IMG/VR virus record: IMGVR_UViG_3300025669_000056
Location: 1-47,931 of that record
DNA: 47,931 bases
Source: a virus
Lineage: Duplodnaviria > Caudoviricetes
Reading direction: 5' to 3' (one strand)
The notes beneath the pieces were generated by a model. That model ran no database searches, was not told the origin of the DNA, and saw only the letters and a list, made by a program, of their open reading frames with translations. Below are positions 1-9,027 of the stretch, piece after piece. The position numbers and the translations under genes are program-made. The first letter of the stretch is position 1, and each line of letters begins with the position of its first letter.

Positions 1-148
1 TAGCCAATGTGACTTATACTATTATCAAAATTGACGTTTCTGAAACGGACTGCACTGCTTTTGAGATCTTATGTACTATAGGACAGGTAAACAGAACATT
101 TGAAATTCATGAGATTATTTATGAGTATGAACAAAGAAGTATTATTTT
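1..148. repeat. Terminal direct repeat, left copy (circular overlap)
   Basis: Identical to 47784-47931 except T22 versus C47805. Confidence 0.97.
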
Positions 149-155
149 AAGTTAA
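1..155 (+). CDS. 3' end of the tail tubular B-like gene that starts at 45542 and wraps across the origin
   Basis: Frame reads ...ANVTYT(I/T)IKIDVSETDCTAFEILCTIGQVNRTFEIHEIIYEYEQRSIILS*, with TAA at 153-155. Confidence 0.85.
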   Translation, partial: ANVTYTIIKIDVSETDCTAFEILCTIGQVNRTFEIHEIIYEYEQRSIILS

Positions 156-170
156 TGGGAGGGGATCAAG

Positions 171-866
171 ATGGCACAAGGAGATTTTACGCTCTTTAGC
201 CCTGCTGAAAGTGCATTTCAAGAACCAGGGCAGTTTGAGGCAAGTCTTAAAGCTGAAGGAACACGGAAGGCTACTTACACAAGTCAGATGGATCAGTTCT
301 ATGGTGAACTTGAGGAAACTCAAAGGCAGTTCGACATAGGAACTGAGCTGACGAAAGGAACACAACGTTTACAGAAACGTGGACTTGAGTTGGAAGCAGC
401 CAGTATCAAAGAAAGCACAAGACAGTTCGATCTTGGGTATGATCTTCTCTCTGAAACAGAAGAAGAAGATACAAGACAGTTTGATTTGACTTTCGGACTT
501 GAATCTGCAAGGTTATTAGAAGAAGGAAGACAATTTGATACTGAAGCAGGTTTAATACAGGCAGAACTTGCTATTACTGGAAAACTTACAGATGCACAGA
601 TAGAACATCTTGGCGCGGTGACTGGACTCACAGGAGCACAGACAAAAAGTTCTGGTATAGCTGATACTATTGGGATTCTAGGACTCATGCTTGGTAGTAG
701 TAAGCTCTTGTTCGGTAGTGAAAAGGGTGGTGGTATGGATATCGGGACTGATGACGTTGGTAAAGCCTTTGAAGGTCTTAGCAATCTTGGAACTGGTATC
801 TATGACTGGGGAGATAAAACTTTTGATATTGACATTCCAGAAGATCAAGACTTTTCTTGGCCTTGA
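171..866 (+). CDS. Putative DNA ejection/pilot (internal virion) protein with RQFD repeats
   Basis: GGAGG RBS; four RQFD motifs; helical acidic sequence with a hydrophobic Gly-rich segment; directly follows the tail tube genes. Confidence 0.6.
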   Translation: MAQGDFTLFSPAESAFQEPGQFEASLKAEGTRKATYTSQMDQFYGELEETQRQFDIGTELTKGTQRLQKRGLELEAASIKESTRQFDLGYDLLSETEEEDTRQFDLTFGLESARLLEEGRQFDTEAGLIQAELAITGKLTDAQIEHLGAVTGLTGAQTKSSGIADTIGILGLMLGSSKLLFGSEKGGGMDIGTDDVGKAFEGLSNLGTGIYDWGDKTFDIDIPEDQDFSWP

Positions 867-900
867 TCTTTTTTAATAACATAAGTTTTTGGAGATATAA

Positions 901-1800
901 ATGGCAGCTATAGCAAGAAGTCTTATGAAAGGTATCGTTCCTAAGAGAGCGGGTGAGAAGGCACAAGGGTATAGGAGTCCAGGATCAGATCCATTGTATA
1001 GTGGTTTCTCAGATCTTGGTGAAGCTATGCTCGTAGGGGCAGCAAAGTCTGTCCTTACGGTAGGGGCCATAGGCGGTGTTGCCAAGGCGATGGGTGCTCC
1101 TACGAGCCAGGTTGTAGATGCTCTTATGCCGGTTGCAATGCGTAAAGGTCTCTTCGGTGGGATTGTTGGGCCGACTAAAAACAAGGACTACATGAAAGAG
1201 GCTGGCTTCGTAGGGAAGTTCGCCAAGATAGGGCAGACTCTTGGGGGCATGCTTGGGAAGTTTACACCATTTGGTGTTGTTAGCTCTTCTGTAATAGCAC
1301 CAATTGCAGGTTTAGTCGCGGATAAATTCGGTGATCTTTTTAATCTCAGAGAAGGTGAAGAATTAAGAGATGCTATCGGGGATAATGAAGATCTGGCGTC
1401 AATGCTCGCTGCTGCTGAAGGTAATCCAGTTCTTGCTGCAGAACTTCAACTCCAGGGAGTAGGTTCTCTTTTAAAGACAGGTGAAGAGCAACAGGAAGAA
1501 GCAGCAGAGGCTCAGAAGAAAAGTGGCTACTTCGGAAATCTTGCCTCCGATATGTTGAACTCTGTGTTCAGTCTAGTCAGCACAGAAGACCTTAAAGAAG
1601 AAACTATTCCAGAGCCTAAGAAGAAGTTCGAAGATACTCCTGGAAGTGGCGCTTTTGGTTTTTCTAAGTCAGAAATAGAGAGAGGGACCGTCGGTGGAAG
1701 TGCTAGAAGCGGCAGAGGTAAGAACGGTAGCGGTGGTTGGGCAGGTGGTGGCATGAGTACTGGATCAGATGCCGGTAGTGGTGGCAGTAGTTTCGCATAA
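901..1800 (+). CDS. Putative internal virion/ejection protein
   Basis: Gly/Ala-rich hydrophobic N-half and Gly/Ser-rich C-tail; position in the podovirus ejection cluster. Confidence 0.55.
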   Translation: MAAIARSLMKGIVPKRAGEKAQGYRSPGSDPLYSGFSDLGEAMLVGAAKSVLTVGAIGGVAKAMGAPTSQVVDALMPVAMRKGLFGGIVGPTKNKDYMKEAGFVGKFAKIGQTLGGMLGKFTPFGVVSSSVIAPIAGLVADKFGDLFNLREGEELRDAIGDNEDLASMLAAAEGNPVLAAELQLQGVGSLLKTGEEQQEEAAEAQKKSGYFGNLASDMLNSVFSLVSTEDLKEETIPEPKKKFEDTPGSGAFGFSKSEIERGTVGGSARSGRGKNGSGGWAGGGMSTGSDAGSGGSSFA

Positions 1801-1815
1801 GAAGGGGAAAGAACA

Positions 1816-3345
1816 ATGAGCCAAGCAGGTGATGCAGCAAACAAACTTATGAACTCTCTTAATGTCATCATGGAGTCTAACCGTCAAGTTCGACAAGGCG
1901 AGATAGACAGAAAGGAGAATCTGCGTAGGTTTGAGTTAATGCAGAAGAATCAGAAGTCAGAGGCGTTATTCCAGAAGTCTTCTGCTATTGGAGAAAGTTT
2001 CCTTAAGTGGCATGATAATGCTAAAACTACAACAGAACAAGATCACGCTCGTGCAAAGTGGGATTCTTACAAGACCACATTAGCGGCTGACCCAGAGATA
2101 GTTAAGGCACTTGACGGTAGATTCAGTCGTACATCTTTTGGTAATATAAAAACTAGAGAGAGATTTGCCGATGATAAGATTGGGAAAGTTACACCTAATC
2201 TTATAGACCCAAAGGCAAATCCGTTAGCCTGGCATGTGAAAGAAATGGCTAATAAAGAAATCGCCGGTAATCGAAATGCCTTTGTCCACGGTATTACTAA
2301 ACCTAAAACACCTGCTATGATTGTCACGAACATAGGAGAGATAGATTATTATGCTAAGCGTTCACCGGATGGTGCTTGGGGACTTACTAAAGTCGGAGAG
2401 GAAGATGCTCAAGCTTTAGCTGGTAAATACAACACAACTGTTGCTGCTATTCATGCACAGACTCCTATCACACTTGGTACTTCTCGACATAATCTAGGAG
2501 GAACTTCAATGGATAGGTTTGAAATGTTAAATCCTAGTACAGAAGAGGTTAACATAGTTTATAAGGAGTCTAAGTTCCAAGGTAAGATCATCGACACAAC
2601 AAATGCAAAAGGAAAGACTGCGGCTGCTGAACTTAGTAAAGATGAGAAGGCTTTTCTTATAGGCGCTGCTGGAACAAACACAAATGGAGAGATGGGGAAG
2701 CACGGTAAATGGCTTGAAAAACAGGCGAATATGTTATTGGCTACTGGTGCTTACGAAGATAGATTTGATGATCATGCTTCGGAAGAATTTAAAGCTGATT
2801 TAGCTGGTAGGGTGAATCTGTTATATCCAAATATGATGGTTACGTTTGTAGGTGAGATTGAATTAGATGATCCTTGGGTTAATGGTGCGGAGACTTTCTC
2901 AGGAAACGACGGTTGGGGTATGATAGGGGTAATAGGACAGCCCAGAGAGTTTTCAAGAAGTGATGGTACATCAGTAGTCTATGCAGTACATCCTGTTACA
3001 CAGACTGTAAGAGATAAGTCCGGGAATCCGCTTGGTACAATAGAAGAGGTTACAAATAGTACAGCACTTACCAAAGCACCGACAAGGGTAGCAACTCCGA
3101 CAGATACACCTAAGAAAGCTGGACGTAATTTTCTTCAGGCGTTCACAGAGAAGAAGGCTAAGAGTAGGGAGAAAAAGGAAGTTGCTAAAAAGAAAAAAGT
3201 AGATGAAAAGAAAAAAGAAGAAGATCGGATAAGGAAATATTGGGCTGAGTCTGATAATGCTGAGTCTGCTTTTGCCAAGTACCTTGCTGATACATTTGGA
3301 ATCGGCAGAGAAAAGCGACATTATGCTGATCTTCCTAAAAAATAG
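1816..3345 (+). CDS. Putative internal virion/ejection protein
   Basis: 509 aa with helical N-terminus and Lys/Glu-rich C-terminus; synteny. Confidence 0.5.
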   Translation: MSQAGDAANKLMNSLNVIMESNRQVRQGEIDRKENLRRFELMQKNQKSEALFQKSSAIGESFLKWHDNAKTTTEQDHARAKWDSYKTTLAADPEIVKALDGRFSRTSFGNIKTRERFADDKIGKVTPNLIDPKANPLAWHVKEMANKEIAGNRNAFVHGITKPKTPAMIVTNIGEIDYYAKRSPDGAWGLTKVGEEDAQALAGKYNTTVAAIHAQTPITLGTSRHNLGGTSMDRFEMLNPSTEEVNIVYKESKFQGKIIDTTNAKGKTAAAELSKDEKAFLIGAAGTNTNGEMGKHGKWLEKQANMLLATGAYEDRFDDHASEEFKADLAGRVNLLYPNMMVTFVGEIELDDPWVNGAETFSGNDGWGMIGVIGQPREFSRSDGTSVVYAVHPVTQTVRDKSGNPLGTIEEVTNSTALTKAPTRVATPTDTPKKAGRNFLQAFTEKKAKSREKKEVAKKKKVDEKKKEEDRIRKYWAESDNAESAFAKYLADTFGIGREKRHYADLPKK

Positions 3346-3356
3346 GAGAGTGACCA

Positions 3357-6300
3357 ATGACAATCGGAGAAGGATTTAACATACGCAGACCCAATATAGG
3401 GGAAGCAGACAGGGACAGAGGCTTTGCTACATCGCAGGGTGGCAGCGAGAGTGGTAAGCTGTTCGGAATAAAGTTCAGTGGTGTAGAGAAGAATCCACCG
3501 GAGCTTCCTTTGTGGCGAGATAAAGCCATGATGGGTAGATTTCCGAATCTCTATGGTACAGCAGGTGCTATCACTAGGACGATCATCGACGCTATCCCTT
3601 ACGCTAAGTACGGTTTGTCAAAGAATAGAGAGAAGTTCATGGCTTTGCCAAAGGAACAACAACATGCTGCATTGATGTATGATATGTTAGAAGCTGAGTT
3701 GTATTTCGTTGCTATTCCGGCAGCGTTCAAAGGTGTTGGGATGGCTTCTAAGCACTTCATGAAGAGGATATCTAACAAAGGAACTAAAGTCATGCAGCCG
3801 GTTGAGGATACAATCGGAGCTATCCAAGGAGCTAGAGGCGGTGTGTGGGAGAGCTTTAGTTACACAAGAGCCGCTGAGAAAGTTCTCACAGACAAGAAGC
3901 TTGCCCAGGATGAAGCATCTGTCATAGTGGGTGCTCTAAAGTCCAAGAATAACACAAGACTCACACAGTTCCACAGAGAGAAGGCGCTTCGTGCCACTGA
4001 AGGGGTGACACCGGCGTTTGAGAAGAACATGAAGTCCACTTTTCTCGAAGGGACTTACCTCTCAGATGACCTTGTGAAGGAGCTTGACTTTAACACTTTG
4101 CAGGCAAAGCATTGGCAAGAGCTTTATAAGACAAACATGAAGGCTGCTGGCTTTAGTTCTGAATATTCTAAGCAAGTCTTTAAAGGACAAGCACAACAGT
4201 TTTTCGATAAAGAAGCTATGAAGAAGGTATCCTGGGGAGAAATCACGGAAGAACAGTCTGGGAATATGATTAAGCAGATGTTTCATGATCCGATTCCTAT
4301 ACGCAAGATGCTTTCTCTTGGCTCTGGTAGAGTTTCAATTCCAAAGATACAACCACAAAGAAGTCTCTTCGGTGCTGGTGAAGATCTCTTTAAGACGAAA
4401 ACCTTGATCTATGATGAGGTTAAGAGTGCGACTGCCGTCGCCAATGGTTATAAGCTTGATCTACAGAACTTTGCTGCAAGGATGCTGGAAGAAAGAGGCT
4501 TCGGGAAGTTCGTTAGCAAGGCTACAGGGAACAGGTTCAAGAAAAATAACAAGACTCTGACGAAGGAAGTTGAAGAATATACCAACGGAATGCTCACGAA
4601 GGTAGATAATCTTACTAATAGAGCTTTGCTTGAGAAAGATACGACGAAAGTCCTTGAGTTAAGGAAAGAACTTAGTGGGATGCTGAAGGGAGTTCATGAG
4701 AAAGGTGGACCGGAGAGTCAACTCTTCAGTTTCTACCGGACCTTCCACGATAATCTTTATGCTGATGCTATGAGAAGGAAGATTCCACAGTTGTTCAACA
4801 GAGCTGGCGTAAGTGCTGAAGGTGTGAAGTGGGTAGATGACATCATGAAAGGTCTTGAGCCGAAGTTACAGCACCACTTTAATTCTGCTCCTGGTCGTCC
4901 ATACGATCAACAACTTGCCTTTGTAGAGAACACTTTCAAAGGACTCAGGAGTCTTCTTAAGGTGAAGACGAAAGACGGTGGGCATCTCTGGTTCGGAAAG
5001 AAAGGTAAAGACCTGGAGGCTGCTATCAAGGGGCTTTCTGTGGAACTTACACCTGGGGTGAAGGGTGGCTTTCCAGGATTGTTCGAGAACTATGCTGCAA
5101 GGATTGGAGCAAGTGGTGCAAGGATGGATGCTGCGGCGAGCAAGAGCTTACGTGGAGAGATGCACGGAGCTTGGACACACCTACGGCAGAGTCCTGTTGC
5201 AAAGCACAGTGATGTGGACTTCTTCACCAGGCTTGAAGGTCGTATAAGTGCTCAGGCTAGAGATCTTTATCTTTACCCAGCCCTCGAAAAAGTGGCGGCG
5301 AATGCTAAGAAGTTGCCGCAAGTTTGGCAGAATCAGACTGATTATCTTATAGGTAGGGTCTTGAATAGGCCGTCTAATCTTGATCATTGGGTGGCTAACG
5401 CTCTGGAGAATACACTTGGTAAGGCTCAACAGGCTTTTACAGGTAGTCGGACAGAGGGTATCTGGGACGTAGGAAGAGTCCAAAGGCTTGCACAATCTAT
5501 TAATAATTTCACATATATGGGATTCCTAGGCTTTAAGCCAATGGCCACGACAAGAAATCTGTTCCAACCGTATGTTACCGGACCAACGGACCTTGGCAGA
5601 GTCACTGACATCGGAACGGTTATGCGCGGTGCAGCCAGGGCTATGAACCCTAAGACTAGGGCCGAGATCAAACGGATGGGAGCTATCACAGACTTTGTTC
5701 CAGAGATGTCTCACAGTCCTATGTTTCCGAAACGTGGTGCTATGGGTAAGATCAATGAGGTTAAAGATCTTTCCATGTGGACATTTCGAATGGCTGATAG
5801 GTGGAATCGTTACACAATGGGTGGAGCTGCTATGATCAAGTGGGAAGGAGCTATCGCCAAGCATGGTGCGCCCACTTCCAAGAACATTGGAGGCTTCTTC
5901 TCTAAGACAGGGATCTCAAATAGGAATCCGTGGATCGTCAGTGATATAGAAGACAAGATCCTTAAAGGGAATGTCGCCGAAGCAAGGGAGTTGTTCATAA
6001 AAGACATCATAGCTGACACGCAATACCTTTACGGGGCGATAGAATCGCCTACCGGCGTTGGCATGGGTGGATCTACCGGCAGAACTGCTATGGTTTTTCA
6101 GAGTTGGTGGATGAACTACGGTGCTGCTATGGAAAAGTGGATGCGGACAGCGCAAGGACCAGGTGGAAAGACCGAAAGATTGATTACTTTTATGATGAGT
6201 AGTGCTATAGCGGAACAGAGCATGGAAGCTATGTGGGGCAGGACTACGGCCTTACGGCAAGTAGGCTTCGGACCGCTTCCGATGGAAGGACTTGGAATGC

Positions 6301-6572
6301 CCCCTGCTTTTGCAATGATCTTTGATACGCTCAAAGCGGTGAAGGCAGGAGCAGCAATTCCTTTCGGTGGTGACCCCGCAGAAGCAGAGAAAGACTTCAT
6401 AAATGTTGTCAAGAAAAGTGGGAATTTCCTGCCAGGTGGGAATCAAATCATGAGTTCTCTGCGAGCTTACCAAGAAGAAGGAACTAAGGGACTCGCAGAG
6501 AGCACCATGATGTTTCATAAGAAGAAAGAGCCTAGTGCTGTTGAGAAGTTTCTGGGGAGGAAGAAGTTATGA
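3357..6572 (+). CDS. Large internal virion (ejection) protein
   Basis: 1071 aa, last gene of the late arm; helical C-terminal region (TQYLYG...FQSWWMNY) resembles large podovirus core proteins. Confidence 0.6.
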   Translation: MTIGEGFNIRRPNIGEADRDRGFATSQGGSESGKLFGIKFSGVEKNPPELPLWRDKAMMGRFPNLYGTAGAITRTIIDAIPYAKYGLSKNREKFMALPKEQQHAALMYDMLEAELYFVAIPAAFKGVGMASKHFMKRISNKGTKVMQPVEDTIGAIQGARGGVWESFSYTRAAEKVLTDKKLAQDEASVIVGALKSKNNTRLTQFHREKALRATEGVTPAFEKNMKSTFLEGTYLSDDLVKELDFNTLQAKHWQELYKTNMKAAGFSSEYSKQVFKGQAQQFFDKEAMKKVSWGEITEEQSGNMIKQMFHDPIPIRKMLSLGSGRVSIPKIQPQRSLFGAGEDLFKTKTLIYDEVKSATAVANGYKLDLQNFAARMLEERGFGKFVSKATGNRFKKNNKTLTKEVEEYTNGMLTKVDNLTNRALLEKDTTKVLELRKELSGMLKGVHEKGGPESQLFSFYRTFHDNLYADAMRRKIPQLFNRAGVSAEGVKWVDDIMKGLEPKLQHHFNSAPGRPYDQQLAFVENTFKGLRSLLKVKTKDGGHLWFGKKGKDLEAAIKGLSVELTPGVKGGFPGLFENYAARIGASGARMDAAASKSLRGEMHGAWTHLRQSPVAKHSDVDFFTRLEGRISAQARDLYLYPALEKVAANAKKLPQVWQNQTDYLIGRVLNRPSNLDHWVANALENTLGKAQQAFTGSRTEGIWDVGRVQRLAQSINNFTYMGFLGFKPMATTRNLFQPYVTGPTDLGRVTDIGTVMRGAARAMNPKTRAEIKRMGAITDFVPEMSHSPMFPKRGAMGKINEVKDLSMWTFRMADRWNRYTMGGAAMIKWEGAIAKHGAPTSKNIGGFFSKTGISNRNPWIVSDIEDKILKGNVAEARELFIKDIIADTQYLYGAIESPTGVGMGGSTGRTAMVFQSWWMNYGAAMEKWMRTAQGPGGKTERLITFMMSSAIAEQSMEAMWGRTTALRQVGFGPLPMEGLGMPPAFAMIFDTLKAVKAGAAIPFGGDPAEAEKDFINVVKKSGNFLPGGNQIMSSLRAYQEEGTKGLAESTMMFHKKKEPSAVEKFLGRKKL

Positions 6573-6683
6573 TTCTTAAAATGGGTGAAAAAATTCTTAC
6601 TATAGATGATACTCTTAAGGAAGACGCTGCGTTTCTTTATTTAATGGACTATAGTATTACTGATCGTAAAAAGTGTGATCTTA

Positions 6684-7172
6684 CTATTCATCCTTCCCAC
6701 CTCCTGTCTCCTCCGTTGTCTCTTCCCAAATACGCTCATAATATTTTAACCTCTTACTGGTACAAGTTAGTGGGTAAACTTCTCGTACTTTATAATTTTT
6801 AAGTGATTGTGGAATCTTATTAAGTGGGTCTAGAACTTGCTTACCGTTCCATAGAACAGCGTGAAATAAACCTTCAGTAATTGGACTGTCTACAGTTATG
6901 TAGGCAAGTCTGTTAGCTAATGTATAAAGAATTTTTATTTCTGTGTCAGCTGTGATCTTAATTCCTTTGCCGTTGTTTCCTAGTTGTGTCAAATCAGCAT
7001 AATTACCAAAGAATACCCCATGATTGGCTAGGAAAACCATTGCATCCTCATCTGATATAGGAGGGACGATAGGAAAAAACCAATCTAAAACATAATGTTC
7101 GTCTTCTCCTATTATCATGGCTAGCACAGCCATTAAGCAGGAATTATTTCTTGATTGTAGAATTACTTTCAT
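6684..7172 (-). CDS. C39-like papain-fold cysteine peptidase
   Basis: Q-x5-C (LQSRNNSCLMAVLAM) plus HAVLW and VLDP motifs, giving Gln/Cys/His/Asp in the expected order. Confidence 0.65.
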   Translation of the reverse strand: MKVILQSRNNSCLMAVLAMIIGEDEHYVLDWFFPIVPPISDEDAMVFLANHGVFFGNYADLTQLGNNGKGIKITADTEIKILYTLANRLAYITVDSPITEGLFHAVLWNGKQVLDPLNKIPQSLKNYKVREVYPLTCTSKRLKYYERIWEETTEETGGGKDE

Positions 7173-7350
7173 TTCTTATCTCCTTCGTCATGGCTTGATA
7201 GAACTGTCCTCCTCCATTTGTAATTCCACCCCGTAGTAGCCAGTCGTTCTGTAAGTATTCATTTACTGAAGCAACCAGGGCTTGATAAGTTAATTCTTGC
7301 AGTATAGTATACTGAAGTGGTTTCTTTGTTTGTTTCTTAGCTATCTTCAT
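7144..7350 (-). CDS. DUF1737-like small protein
   Basis: Pattern Y..L......L...VN.YL...W.L.GG.......YQAM.K. Confidence 0.6.
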   Translation of the reverse strand: MKIAKKQTKKPLQYTILQELTYQALVASVNEYLQNDWLLRGGITNGGGQFYQAMTKEIRNESNSTIKK

Positions 7351-8569
7351 CCTTCTCCTCCTTTCCGTTAACTAATGTCATTCCTTCTTCATCGAAGTCT
7401 TTTAGTTTGTTATAAGTGAATGTTCTCTCCGCGCCTTCAGTCCCACTTTTGATAAACCTCCCTGCGATAAGCGTGTCTATCATCTCGTTGATCTGACTTT
7501 TGTCCGCATCTTGGTAGTTAAGTCTCACGATCTCCGAGAAGGTGACAGTCCCAAGGTCTCTTATTTGGCCCAGGATTCTATTAGTTTCTTCTGACATTGT
7601 ACTCTTACCATGACCTCCGAAGGCCATCGGTGCTTTCTTCAGCGTCGCCTCAAGCATGAAGATAGCTTTAGCGATATCTTTCGCGGTCAGGACCAGCCTG
7701 TCGGAATAAGAAACATGATAACACATGGCTACCTTCAGGACCATGACGTGTATTCTTCCGATGAAAGGTCTTAGTCTCCGGTCTTTTGTCAGTTTAATAA
7801 GTTGGCCAAGGCCGTTGTACCAGTCTATGAAAAAGTTCTTTGCTTCCTGGGTGAACTCAAACTCCCCTACGAGTTGCGAGATCTTGGCAAGGTCTATAAG
7901 AAGCTCTTGTCTTAAAGCCATGTTAGGAGGTGGTGGTATGGGAACACTCTTGTAGATCTTTCTCTCTGAGACTATTACAATTCGTGAAGTGAAGCCACCG
8001 CCTACGGCCTCTTCCGGTAGATTAGCTGCAAGCCAAGATGGTGTTGTAGCGAAGAAACAGTTGACACAAAGGTTGTAGAGTTTGTCTTCTCCTTTCTCTG
8101 AGGTCTTGTAAGCCCACTCATCGTGGGAATCCCATAGATCGGTGAGACCTTCGATCATTCCTTTGAGATCTATAGCAAGGAAGGAAGAGAGTTCTTTAGA
8201 GATCAAAGCTATGGAAGACATTGGCCGTTGTGTTCCTTCGTAGGTGAAGGCTCTCTCCTCGCAGTTGACTGCAAGCTGCTTGGTCAGCGCCCTCTTCGTA
8301 GGGGAGTCTACAAACGCTGGAAGTTCAATCTCGTTAAGGAACTTCTTGGAAAGACCAACCGGCGGACCTTTACGACAGACAGCAGGTGGTGCGACAAGCA
8401 TTACATAGAGATTCGGATAGACCGGCTCAAGGCCATAGGGAACCCAGACCTTACGCTCAAGAGCAGCAGCAAGTGTAAAGATCCCACTCCATACCCAGAA
8501 AGATCGTGGGGACTCAGTGTCTTCGACGAAAGTCTGAAGCTGTTTTAGCCAATTGCGCCGTTTAGTCAT
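7337..8569 (-). CDS. DUF3987/YfjI-like (MCM-type AAA+) putative replicative helicase
   Basis: YPNLYVMLVAPPAVCRKG (degenerate Walker A), ISKELSSFL (degenerate Walker B), ATTP sensor, GFTSR arginine finger, probable C-terminal wHTH; one gene downstream of the polymerase. Confidence 0.7.
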   Translation of the reverse strand: MTKRRNWLKQLQTFVEDTESPRSFWVWSGIFTLAAALERKVWVPYGLEPVYPNLYVMLVAPPAVCRKGPPVGLSKKFLNEIELPAFVDSPTKRALTKQLAVNCEERAFTYEGTQRPMSSIALISKELSSFLAIDLKGMIEGLTDLWDSHDEWAYKTSEKGEDKLYNLCVNCFFATTPSWLAANLPEEAVGGGFTSRIVIVSERKIYKSVPIPPPPNMALRQELLIDLAKISQLVGEFEFTQEAKNFFIDWYNGLGQLIKLTKDRRLRPFIGRIHVMVLKVAMCYHVSYSDRLVLTAKDIAKAIFMLEATLKKAPMAFGGHGKSTMSEETNRILGQIRDLGTVTFSEIVRLNYQDADKSQINEMIDTLIAGRFIKSGTEGAERTFTYNKLKDFDEEGMTLVNGKEEKDEDS

Positions 8570-9027
8570 TCAGAAGCCTTGTTAATATGTTTAAAAAGAA
8601 GAAGTGGGTTCTGATTTTTTAATAGAAAAATCTTACTTACTAATTCCGTAAATTTTACTCCTTCTGGAATAGGAAAAGAAATAAATTCTTCTAGTTCTTT
8701 TGGTAATAACATCAAATCACCATCTTTCAATGAATACCCCTGTCTATTAGCAAATTCTTCGAATGGTTCTTTATATTTGCCAACTAACTTAACAGCTTTT
8801 TTAAATACTTCAAGCGATAGTTGTTTTTCTAAATTCTGCTTTTCTTCAAGTTTCTCTTGCTCTTCTTTTTCGAGTTCTCTTTTTAGTTCCTTTCTCCTTT
8901 CTTTACATAATTTTGGATCTTTACTTTCCCATTCAGAATTATAATAACATAACCAGCCCTTTCCTGAATGGGGATTACACTTTTTGTCGTAATAGCAATT
9001 ATAGCATTCACATCCTATTCCTGACAT
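8566..9027 (-). CDS. Hypothetical protein with Cys-rich N-terminus
   Basis: CECYNC...C...C followed by a coiled coil; AT-rich; overlaps both neighbours. Confidence 0.6.
   Translation of the reverse strand: MSGIGCECYNCYYDKKCNPHSGKGWLCYYNSEWESKDPKLCKERRKELKRELEKEEQEKLEEKQNLEKQLSLEVFKKAVKLVGKYKEPFEEFANRQGYSLKDGDLMLLPKELEEFISFPIPEGVKFTELVSKIFLLKNQNPLLLFKHINKASE

Noticed and set aside
6569-6802. 77-aa plus-strand ORF after the large virion gene
   Set aside because: ATGA-coupled, but half of it overlaps the convergent peptidase gene antisense; unresolved, so not called
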